DNA of 63,295 nt, the filler included. It is 10 parts of 10 records of this genome, joined end to end, with 100 filler letters (N's around TTAATTAATTAA, not from the genome) between each part and the next. Parts side by side here need not be neighbours in the genome. Positions count along the whole stretch, not along the records: positions 50,312 to 58,092 come from SRR11831585_700; positions 58,193 to 60,822 come from SRR11831585_701; positions 60,923 to 63,295 come from SRR11831585_719; 7 more parts are not named here. One strand, written 5' to 3'. This document shows, one piece after another, positions 50,212-61,070 of the stretch (position 1 is its first letter; each line of letters opens with the position of its first letter). A model generated the notes under the pieces. The model saw only the letters and a program-made list of their open reading frames with translations. It searched no databases and was not told the DNA's origin. A program made the translations under genes and the position numbers.

Positions 50212-50311
50212 NNNNNNNNNNNNNNNNNNNNNNNNNNNNNNNNNNNNNNNNNNNNTTAATTAATTAANNNNNNNNNNNNNNNNNNNNNNNNNNNNNNNNN
50301 NNNNNNNNNNN

Positions 50312-50403
50312 TTTAACTGACCGCCGTCCATATCAGCAGAAGCAGTACCTGCAACCATCGCCAGCATAAGACCAGACAGGGCAAAACCTAATTTTTTAGA
50401 CAT
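50312..50403 (-). CDS. yadN: Fimbrial major subunit YadN, 5' fragment
   Basis: [30 protein letters not shown] downstream of folK, preceded by an AT-rich promoter region. Confidence 0.88.
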
Positions 50404-50772
50404 AAAAATCCTTTAATAAAATTCCATTAGTCAGACTACATGTTTGAAGAATGACTATTCATGACACAAATAGGAGAAACAAATGTTAGATATTAATGAG
50501 CAATGATATTTGTTACCCAAATTTACAACCATTGTTCATTAGGTCGCCTATTGTGCACTTTAGAAGCTTTTGAACAAATTAAATTTACTTAATTCAAAAT
50601 TAAGTAAAAATAAGTTCACAAGTGCAATTGGTTAGGGTATGGAGATGGGATTGATATTTATTTATAGGAAGTTATATTATTTCCGCAAAGAGATGTTTAA
50701 ACTAAAATCGTAATTAAGGAAAGAGATGAGATATGATTTTCAGAAAATATTTATATTCGCAATATAAATAAA

Positions 50773-51252
50773 TTACCATTTGTTTAATTTGTCAAATGCT
50801 CTTGTATGTAAGATTTGACGCAACATCTCCCCATCAGGAAACACCAACTCCGGCGCGATTTCAAACAGCGGCCACAGCATAAATCCACGATTCTTCATAT
50901 CGTAGTGCGGAACGGTCAGGCGTTCAGTATTTATCACTTCATTACCAAACAGCATGATGTCGAGATCCAGCGTGCGTGGTCCCCAGCGTTCAGCTTTGCG
51001 GACGCGACCTTGCTGCAATTCAATACGCTGTGTGTGATTGAGTAGCTCTTCAGGTGCAAGAGAGGTTTCCAGCGCCACGGCTGCGTTTAAGTAATCGGGT
51101 TGATTTTGCGGCCCCAGCGGTGGGGTGCGGTAAAACGAAGAAACGGTAAGAATGTGGCTTTCAGGGATATCGCCTAATGCTTTCAGGGCAGCATTGACCT
51201 GCTCCAGCGGAGAGGCCAGATTGCTGCCTATGGCAATATACGCCACTGTCAT
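50773..51252 (-). CDS. folK: HPPK (folate pathway)
   Basis: [16 protein letters not shown]. Confidence 0.98.
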
Positions 51253-52646
51253 GCGGTACCCTCACGACGTGGTGCGCGTTTGCGTGGACGACGAGTACGA
51301 CGACGCGGTGACGGTTCTTCATCCAGCTCGTTGAGCATCCCTTTTTGGTCTGGTGGCGCGGAAACCTGGAACTCACCCCACCATTTCACCAGACGCTGCA
51401 GTTCAGCGTTACGCTCAACTTCAGCTCGCAAGGCCAACAGGTCATAAGCCGCACGGAACTTAGGATGCTCCAGCAGTTTCCATGCGCGTTTACCCTGACG
51501 ACGGGACATACGCAACTGCAACTGCCAGATATCGCGGGTTAATGTCGTCAGACGTTTCGGGATTGCCAGTGAACGGCAGGCTTCGTCCAGCACGTCGTTC
51601 ATCGCCAGCGCGAAAGCGTCGTGATAGGTCAGGCCGCTTTCCTGGGCGATCTTCTGTGCCGTCTCCAGCAGTGGGTACCAGAACATGGCGGCAAACAGGA
51701 ACGCCGGGTTCACGCGCATATCGTTATGGATACGCGTATCGGTATTCTTCAGCACCTGTTCAATGATCCGCTCCATCGGGCTGTCGCCATTTTCCGTGAA
51801 GTAGCGGGTAATGGTCGGGAACAGCGGCTGGAACAGATGATATTCACACAACAGCTTATAGGTTTCGTAACCGTAGCCCGCTTGTAGCAGTTTAAGCGAT
51901 TCTTCAAACAGGCGTGCCGGTGGGATATCGTTCAGCAGGGTAGCGAGGCGAGGGATCGGTTCTGCGGTTTCCGGGCTGATGCGCATACCCAATTTGGCGG
52001 CAAAACGTACCGCGCGCAGCATACGTACCGGATCTTCACGGTAGCGCGTTTCCGGGTTACCAATCAGACGGATAACGCCGTCCTTCAGATCCTTCATGCC
52101 GCCAACGTAATCACGGACGGTAAAATCCGCTACGCTGTAATACAGGCTGTTGATAGTGAAATCGCGGCGCTGGGCGTCTTCTTCGATGGAGCCGAAAATG
52201 TTGTCGCGCAGCAACATGCCGTTTTGCCCGCGTTGGGAGGTCGTGCGGTCGCTGACGTTACCTTCGTGGTGTCCACGGAAGGTCGCAACTTCGATAATCT
52301 CCGGGCCAAACATTACATGAGCCAGACGGAAACGGCGACCCACCAGGCGGCAGTTACGGAACAGTTTGCGCACCTGCTCAGGCGTGGCGTTAGTGGTTAC
52401 GTCAAAATCTTTCGGCTTTTTGCCAAGTAACAGGTCGCGCACGCCGCCGCCAACCAGCCAGGCTTCGTATCCCGCTTTATTGAGCCTGTACATTACCTTC
52501 AGGGCATTTTCACTGATATCTTTGCGGGAAATAGCATGCTGCTCACGCGGGATCACCGTCACCTGTGGACGGGCGACTGCCTGTTCAGCCTCGCTTTCCT
52601 CGCGGCTTAGCACCTTGCGGCAAAAATTAGCGACTCGGGTAAAAAT
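51249..52646 (-). CDS. pcnB: Poly(A) polymerase I, ATT start codon
   Basis: [25 protein letters not shown] then ATT TTT ACC (FTRVANF), giving 465 aa. Confidence 0.97.
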
Positions 52647-52705
52647 AGTACACCTCGGTAGTGTCAAACATCATTCAGGACAAAAAAATAGCGGCTAATC
52701 ATAGC

Positions 52706-53632
52706 TCAGCATGACGCATTTGAGAATGTTGAATTTACAATTGCCGACTCGGGCACGGCGGTAAGCCGCCAGTTTTTGACGGCTGACTGAAGGATTTGCT
52801 CGACGCTGAAATCCTGCCAGTGTGCTTCTGCCTGCTGCCCCAGAAATTGAAGTGCCGCGATTAGTACCGGGCGTGGATCGCCTTTCGGCAACGCAGGCGC
52901 ATGATTCTGCTTGGAAAGTTTAGCGCCTTGTGGATTAAGCGCCAGCGGCAGATGAATGTAATCTGGCACTTTCCAGCCAAAAAGCTGGTACAGCGAGATT
53001 TGCCTTACTGTTGGTTCAATCAGATCAGCCCCACGCACTATTTCTGTAACGCCCTGGAAATGATCATCAACCACAACAGCCAGGTTGTAGGCGAACAACC
53101 CATCACGGCGATGAATGATAAAATCTTCCCGTGCCAGTTTTTCGTCGGCGTGAATAATGCCGCGCAGCTGGTCAGTAAATTGCGTGACCGGATGCTGCTG
53201 GCGGATACGCACTGCGGCGTTGTCTGGTCCATGATGCAACACCCGGCAATGACCGTCGTAAATACCGCCAATGCTTTGAATACGCGCACGCGTACAGGTG
53301 CAGTAATAACTTAGTCCTTGTTCATGTAACCAGGCGAGTGCTTCACGATAGGCGTCGTGACGTTGCGATTGCCAGAGAACATCGCCGTCCCAGTGCAGAC
53401 CGTAATGTTCCAGCTGGCGCAGGATAGTTTCTGCGGCACCGGGAACTTCACGAGGCGGGTCGATATCTTCTATGCGTACCAGCCAGCGACCTTGCCGGGC
53501 GCGAGCCTGCAAATAGCTGCCGAGCGCGGCGATCAGAGAGCCAAAATGAAGCTCGCCGGAAGGAGAGGGGGCGAAGCGGCCAATATACTGTGTGTCTGTC
53601 ATCTCTTTGAACAAAAAATAAGGCGGGAGCAT
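52706..53632 (-). CDS. gluQ: Glutamyl-queuosine tRNA(Asp) synthetase (alternative start 53602)
   Basis: [17 protein letters not shown]. Confidence 0.96.
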   Translation of the reverse strand: MLPPYFLFKEMTDTQYIGRFAPSPSGELHFGSLIAALGSYLQARARQGRWLVRIEDIDPPREVPGAAETILRQLEHYGLHWDGDVLWQSQRHDAYREALAWLHEQGLSYYCTCTRARIQSIGGIYDGHCRVLHHGPDNAAVRIRQQHPVTQFTDQLRGIIHADEKLAREDFIIHRRDGLFAYNLAVVVDDHFQGVTEIVRGADLIEPTVRQISLYQLFGWKVPDYIHLPLALNPQGAKLSKQNHAPALPKGDPRPVLIAALQFLGQQAEAHWQDFSVEQILQSAVKNWRLTAVPESAIVNSTFSNASC

Positions 53633-53668
53633 TTCCCGCCTGTGGTAAACGTGATGGAACGGCTGTAA

Positions 53669-54124
53669 TTAGCCAGCCATCTGTTTTTCGCGAATTTCAG
53701 CCAGCGTTTTGCAGTCGATGCACAGATCGGCTGTCGGGCGCGCTTCCAGACGGCGAATACCAATTTCAACACCGCAGGATTCGCAGTAGCCGAAATCTTC
53801 GTCTTCCACTTTTTTCAGCGTCTTCTCGATCTTTTTGATCAGCTTACGCTCGCGATCGCGGTTACGCAGTTCGAGGCTGAACTCTTCTTCCTGGGCTGCA
53901 CGGTCTACCGGGTCCGGGAAGTTGGCTGCTTCATCCTGCATATGTGTAACGGTGCGATCGACTTCATCCCTGAGTTGATTACGCCATGCTTCCAGAATAC
54001 GACGGAAGTGCGCCAGCTGGGCTTCATTCATATACTCTTCGCCCGGCTTCTCCTGATATGGTTCCACCCCAGCGATGGCGAGAATACTCAGGGACGATGT
54101 TTTACGGTTTTGCCCTTCTTGCAT
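53669..54124 (-). CDS. dksA: RNA polymerase-binding factor DksA
   Basis: DPVDRA and C4 zinc finger; 151 aa. Confidence 0.98.
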   Translation of the reverse strand: MQEGQNRKTSSLSILAIAGVEPYQEKPGEEYMNEAQLAHFRRILEAWRNQLRDEVDRTVTHMQDEAANFPDPVDRAAQEEEFSLELRNRDRERKLIKKIEKTLKKVEDEDFGYCESCGVEIGIRRLEARPTADLCIDCKTLAEIREKQMAG

Positions 54125-54301
54125 GTTGCTTCTCCTTAACACGCACTATCGATCCCCATGTTCGGGGGAAAAATGAGGCCGCTATAAATAGCAGATGCTT
54201 TTCCGGATAGCAATTATCTAAACGTAACACTTGACAACTGTGTGAGGAAAAGCGTATTTGCGCACGCGACCAGAATGTAAATTAACCAGTTACTTACTTT
54301 A

Positions 54302-55551
<1,250 letters not shown>

Positions 55552-55624
55552 GTGAGGCACTCGGTTATGAATTACCGCGATGCTACAATGTGGCGCGAAG
55601 AATGTTAACCCTCTGGAGCGTTTT

Positions 55625-58054
55625 GTGTCGTCGTTGCCCGTTGCTGCCGTCTTACCTGAATTACTTACCGCTCTCGATTGTGCGCCGCAGGTATTATTAA
55701 GTGCGCCGACCGGGGCCGGGAAATCAACCTGGCTGCCGCTGCAACTGCTGGCGCATCCCGGCATTAACGGGAAAATTATCCTGCTGGAGCCGCGTCGTCT
55801 GGCGGCGCGTAACGTCGCGCAACGGCTGGCGGAGCTGCTTAACGAAAAGCCAGGCGATACCGTTGGCTACCGGATGCGTGCGCAAAACTGCGTCGGGCCG
55901 AATACCCGCCTGGAAGTGGTTACCGAAGGCGTGCTGACGCGCATGATCCAGCGTGACCCGGAACTGAGCGGTGTTGGACTGGTGATCCTTGATGAATTTC
56001 ATGAGCGCAGCTTGCAGGCGGATTTGGCGTTGGCGCTGTTACTCGATGTGCAACAAGGTCTGCGTGATGACCTTAAACTGCTGATTATGTCGGCTACCCT
56101 GGACAACGACCGCTTGCAGCAAATGCTGCCAGAAGCGCCTGTCGTCATCTCAGAAGGGCGCTCGTTTCCGGTTGAACGCCGTTATTTACCGCTGCCCGCG
56201 CATCAGCGTTTTGACGATGCCGTTGCGGTAGCCACCGCTGAAATGCTGCGTCAGGAAAGCGGATCATTACTGTTATTTTTACCTGGCGTCGGAGAAATTC
56301 AGCGTGTGCAGGAACAACTGGCTTCGCGCATCGGCAGTGATGTATTGCTCTGCCCGCTGTATGGCGCGTTGTCGCTGAACGATCAGCGAAAAGCGATCCT
56401 CCCGGCACCGCAAGGGATGCGCAAAGTGGTGCTGGCGACCAATATTGCTGAAACCAGTTTAACCATTGAAGGTATTCGTCTGGTGGTGGATTGTGCCCAG
56501 GAGCGTGTGGCGCGTTTTGATCCGCGCACGGGGCTTACGCGACTGATTACTCAACGCGTTAGCCAGGCATCCATGACGCAGCGTGCCGGGCGCGCCGGGC
56601 GTCTGGAGCCGGGTATCAGCCTGCATTTAATCGCCAAAGAACAAGCAGAACGCGCCGCGGCGCAAAGTGAACCGGAGATCTTACAAAGCGATCTTTCCGG
56701 TTTGCTGATGGAATTACTGCAATGGGGATGCAGCGATCCGGCGCAGATGAGCTGGCTGGATCAACCGCCAGTAGTGAATCTACTGGCCGCGAAACGTCTG
56801 TTACAAATGCTGGGGGCACTGGAGGGTGAACGGCTTAGTGCGCAAGGGCAAAAAATGGCAGCGCTGGGTAACGATCCGCGTTTAGCGGCAATGCTGGTTA
56901 GCGCGAAGAACGACGACGAAGCTGCTACCGCGGCAAAAATTGCCGCCATTCTCGAAGAGCCGCCACGGATGGGCAATAGTGACCTGGGCGTGGCGTTTTC
57001 GCGCAATCAACCAGCCTGGCAGCAACGTAGTCAGCAACTGTTAAAACGCTTAAACGTACGTGGCGGTGAGGCAGACAGTTCGCTTATCGCGCCGCTACTT
57101 GCCGGGGCGTTTGCCGATCGCATTGCTCGTCGCCGTGGGCAAGATGGACGCTATCAACTGGCAAACGGCATGGGAGCGATGCTCGATGCCAACGACGCGC
57201 TAAGCCGCCACGAATGGTTGATCGCACCGTTATTATTGCAGGGCAGCGCCTCGCCGGATGCGCGGATTTTACTGGCGCTGCTGGTCGATATTGATGAGTT
57301 AGTACAACGCTGCCCGCAGCTGGTACAGCAGTCTGACACTGTGGAGTGGGATGACGCGCAAGGTACGCTGAAAGCCTGGCGTCGGCTACAAATCGGTCAG
57401 TTGACGGTGAAAGTGCAGCCGCTGGCGAAACCGTCAGAAGACGAGTTGCATCAGGCGATGCTTAATGGCATCCGTGATAAAGGTTTAAGCGTGCTCAACT
57501 GGACGGCGGAAGCGGAACAGCTACGCTTGCGTTTGTTATGCGCCGCAAAGTGGTTGCCGGAATATGACTGGCCAGCGGTTGATGATGAAAGTTTATTGGC
57601 AGCGCTGGAAACGTGGCTGCTGCCACATATGACTGGCGTACATTCACTACGCGGCCTGAAATCACTCGACATTTATCAGGCACTACGCGGATTACTTGAT
57701 TGGGGAATGCAGCAACGTCTGGATAGTGAATTGCCTGCGCATTACACTGTGCCGACGGGAAGCCGGATCGCCATTCGTTATCATGAAGATAACCCGCCCG
57801 CGCTGGCGGTGAGAATGCAAGAGATGTTTGGCGAGGCCACCAATCCGACGATCGCCCAGGGGCGCGTGCCGCTGGTGCTGGAGTTGCTTTCACCTGCCCA
57901 AAGGCCATTACAAATCACACGAGATTTGAGCGACTTCTGGAAAGGAGCGTACCGTGAGGTGCAAAAAGAGATGAAAGGGCGTTATCCCAAACATGTCTGG
58001 CCGGACGACCCGGCAAATACTGCACCGACGCGACGGACGAAAAAGTATTCGTAA
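55625..58054 (+). CDS. hrpB: DExH-box RNA helicase HrpB (GTG start)
   Basis: GAGKS, DEFH, SAT, QRAGRAGR, GRYPKH. Confidence 0.98.
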   Translation: MSSLPVAAVLPELLTALDCAPQVLLSAPTGAGKSTWLPLQLLAHPGINGKIILLEPRRLAARNVAQRLAELLNEKPGDTVGYRMRAQNCVGPNTRLEVVTEGVLTRMIQRDPELSGVGLVILDEFHERSLQADLALALLLDVQQGLRDDLKLLIMSATLDNDRLQQMLPEAPVVISEGRSFPVERRYLPLPAHQRFDDAVAVATAEMLRQESGSLLLFLPGVGEIQRVQEQLASRIGSDVLLCPLYGALSLNDQRKAILPAPQGMRKVVLATNIAETSLTIEGIRLVVDCAQERVARFDPRTGLTRLITQRVSQASMTQRAGRAGRLEPGISLHLIAKEQAERAAAQSEPEILQSDLSGLLMELLQWGCSDPAQMSWLDQPPVVNLLAAKRLLQMLGALEGERLSAQGQKMAALGNDPRLAAMLVSAKNDDEAATAAKIAAILEEPPRMGNSDLGVAFSRNQPAWQQRSQQLLKRLNVRGGEADSSLIAPLLAGAFADRIARRRGQDGRYQLANGMGAMLDANDALSRHEWLIAPLLLQGSASPDARILLALLVDIDELVQRCPQLVQQSDTVEWDDAQGTLKAWRRLQIGQLTVKVQPLAKPSEDELHQAMLNGIRDKGLSVLNWTAEAEQLRLRLLCAAKWLPEYDWPAVDDESLLAALETWLLPHMTGVHSLRGLKSLDIYQALRGLLDWGMQQRLDSELPAHYTVPTGSRIAIRYHEDNPPALAVRMQEMFGEATNPTIAQGRVPLVLELLSPAQRPLQITRDLSDFWKGAYREVQKEMKGRYPKHVWPDDPANTAPTRRTKKYS

Positions 58055-58061
58055 GGTTGGT

Positions 58062-58092
58062 TTTCTCCCTCTCCCTGTGGGAGAGGGCCGGG
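58062..58092. repeat. BoxC-like repeat at contig end
   Basis: ctccctctccctgtgggagagggccgg. Confidence 0.7.
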
Positions 58093-58192
58093 NNNNNNNN
58101 NNNNNNNNNNNNNNNNNNNNNNNNNNNNNNNNNNNNTTAATTAATTAANNNNNNNNNNNNNNNNNNNNNNNNNNNNNNNNNNNNNNNNNNNN

Positions 58193-59021
58193 GGGGGCGG
58201 GGGGAGGGCGGTTGGGAGCACGCTGCTGCGCAATGACAGGCTGTGGGTACGCGGAGGAGGATGACGATGATGGAAACGATGGCGGGCCTTGTTGCGGGAA
58301 AACTGCTGAGCGTGATGAGAACGAAGGCACCGGGAGCTGCTGGTGGGGCGGGTGCGGTGGAGGCGGGGGTGGTGGCAGCGGTGGTGGTGGACCGGAGTAC
58401 ATGGGTTGCTGAGGAGGTCCGGGATAGGGTGCGGGCAGGTACCTATACACAACCACACACACACGGGCAATAGTCAATTTCATGACCAGCGCAGAAAGCG
58501 CTGTCAATCTGTGACCACCACCATCCCCGCACACAAGGGAGTTCCGCCACGCACGACACGTACTCGTTAGCGCGAAAGGGTGCGGGATGCATCACGGGAG
58601 CCGTTGCCTGCGCTTGATACACGGGCGCCACGGGGGAGGGACGTACGGAATAAAAAGAGGATTGCTTGGGACTACAGATGAGGAACTGTAGTGAGCACGA
58701 CAGATACAGCGGTGAACATTGAAGAAACGTACTCAGTGAGCTGAGCTGCCCCGAGTTAGCGAGCTGCTGGAGTGCTTGTAGTACATTGGTGGACTCGGAT
58801 GCGGGTCGTGCGAAACCGGGTGTTGCAGAAGAGGGAACAAAGCTAGGGGTAGGAACAAAGGAGCGGGAGGTAGTTCGCGGCGGAGCTGATCTGCGAGGTG
58901 GCGCATGTGTACGTGGGGGTGGCGTTCGTTGCCGCGGAGCTGGCGGGACCTCAACAACTTCTTCCACACTGAGCTCACCGTCTTCCTTGGTGTCTGAAAG
59001 TTCTCCTTCCTCGCGCTCCAT
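58193..59021 (-). CDS. Pro-rich low-complexity protein with N-terminal EEGEL/EDGEL motifs, spliced, 3' truncated
   Basis: MEREEGELSDTKEDGELS.., then exons ..APFRANE|gtacgt and gtatag|YLPAPYPGPPQQPMY..PPPP. Confidence 0.65.
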
Positions 59022-59332
59022 CGGTTACGAAAAGTGTGCCATTACGAGAAAAATCGATGGGGCCCAGATACCGCAAGTTATAATACTCCAAACAAATATA
59101 CTCGGAAAAAAGCACGTGCAGCAGAATCAAGCGGTAGCGATAGTGATGGAACTTCGGTCACCTGACAGGGTCTTCAAGAAATTTCAGGGATGAAGCTGGT
59201 AGTTTTCATGTATTCGCGAAGATTCCTGAATGCATATGAACAGTGTTTATACAGCTTCACAAACAAACTCGGTTGTATCGTTGGGCGTCTTTGGCGGACC
59301 CCGTTGTGCACTTTCACCTCAGAGTGACGCAA

Positions 59333-59989
59333 ATGCAGCAGAAACGCCGCACCGAACCCGCCTGTCCGCTTCCCTCAGCCAAGTGTCTCACTCGTGATCC
59401 TACGGGTTCGCTGGTCACCCGCACGTTCCTGGGCATAACCGCCGCAACATATGTTGCAGACTTTCTCAGTGTGGAAGAAGAGCAGATGATCCTGCGCGAA
59501 GTGGAGTGCTTGCCCTGGTCCTCCGCGCTGAAGCGACGTGTGCAGCAGTATGGATGGCGGTATGATTACAAAGCCAAGTCGCTGGATCCGTCAGCGGAAA
59601 TCGGGGGCCTACCCACGTTTTGTGATTTCATCGTGCAGAGACTGGCGGAACTGGAGTTGTCCTGTGGCGTGCATCCGGATCAGTTAATCATCAACGAATA
59701 TCTGCCGGGGCAGGGCATATTCCCGCACGTCGACAACACACACACGTTCGCGGAGCCCGTTGCGATGCTCAGTCTGGGCAGTGATATCGCGTTCGAGCTG
59801 ATTTCTGACAGCGATGCGTCCCGCTCTGTGTCGTTTCGTTCCGAGCGCAGATCGATGCTGGTAGTGACGGGGGAAGCGCGATATGGGTGGAGGCATGGAA
59901 TTGTTGCGCGAAAAACGGATCGTTTTGATGGGACTGTGGTGCCGCGAAGCCGCCGCGTTTCGCTCACCTTCCGCAAGGCGCTCGTGTGA
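59333..59989 (+). CDS. AlkB-family 2OG-Fe(II) dioxygenase (ALKBH8-like domain), intronless
   Basis: RRVQQYGWRYDY, NEYLPGQGI.PHVD (HxD), SLGS, W.HGI, RVSLTFR. Confidence 0.92.
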   Translation: MQQKRRTEPACPLPSAKCLTRDPTGSLVTRTFLGITAATYVADFLSVEEEQMILREVECLPWSSALKRRVQQYGWRYDYKAKSLDPSAEIGGLPTFCDFIVQRLAELELSCGVHPDQLIINEYLPGQGIFPHVDNTHTFAEPVAMLSLGSDIAFELISDSDASRSVSFRSERRSMLVVTGEARYGWRHGIVARKTDRFDGTVVPRSRRVSLTFRKALV

Positions 59990-60577
59990 CATTGAGGTGC
60001 TGCGCGTGTTTCGTGATATGGGATAGACAGTCCAGGACATGGTCTTCGTGTTATCCGTGCGTTTGTGACTGTGGCTGTTGAGTTTATGTTGTATGGTGGC
60101 TGTTACCTCTCGAGATACTATTATGGTTCTCATAAACGAAAAATCTCAACGGAGCCGCCAATCTGCGCTCTCTGCTTGGGTAATGTTTGAGGAGCCGATC
60201 TGTTGTTTTAGTGTACGACGTGAGGCCCCCGTTGTCTTACGAATTGTTGCTCACATCCGTCATCAGTAACTCCTGTTTCGCTTTATGTAAAACACCCGTG
60301 CCCCCATCATCAACTAACCAAACACACAAAACCATAGCAAGGCACTATACTCACTTCACTACTACACTGCACTCCTAACACACAAGCATTCATTCACACG
60401 AGCAAGAATCATACGGCTAGTGAGTTTGTGCGACACATCATCAACAAACCAACTCCTCTCCGTCCCCTTTCGTTGCTTCTTCATTCTCACCTCCCAGGTT
60501 TGTGCTGTGTGTCCGACAAACAACGCTGATCCAAATCGTCTCACAAACACATAGACACCGACACAGACACGACCACT

Positions 60578-60686
60578 TTAAGGCTCGAACGGCATATCCA
60601 AATCCAGAGGATGAAGAGAAGACAACTGCGGCTTCTGATCGTAGCGGCCCTTCTTGAGGAAGGCGTACATGTTGGTCAAAAGCTCT
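60578..60686 (-). CDS. Metacaspase (type I-like) terminal exon
   Basis: After acceptor tacag: ELLTNMYAFLKKGRYDQKPQLSSLHPLDLDMPFEP*, matching the Yca1-type C-terminus YSQKPQLSSSHPID. Confidence 0.75.
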
Positions 60687-60797
60687 CTGTATGAGCGTGG
60701 ACAACGACAAACAACGTGAGCATCGCGAGAGGAGCGTATTATATATGCATATACATACACAACACAGACACATAAGTGCATTCCAGCAAACAGAATC

Positions 60798-60822
60798 TAC
60801 ACACACACACACACACACACAC
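60798..60822. repeat. (CA)n microsatellite at contig end; similar tracts at 42710-42734, 44851-44880 and 47284-47313
   Basis: Directly visible. Confidence 0.95.
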
Positions 60823-61070
60823 NNNNNNNNNNNNNNNNNNNNNNNNNNNNNNNNNNNNNNNNNNNNTTAATTAATTAANNNNNNNNNNNNNNNNNNNNNN
60901 NNNNNNNNNNNNNNNNNNNNNNGAACGGGGGGACATGGGCCTAAGGAAAATAGGGATTGCAGGTTATTAGGATGATCGTGGTTGGTGTGTGTAGGTGTGG
61001 GGGAGGAGAAAGGATTAGGGATTTGGAGAGCGAAACACATCAACGCGCCGCATTGCAAACTCATGACGTA

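Noticed and set aside
52644..52646. ATT start codon of pcnB
   Set aside because: Real, but long established.
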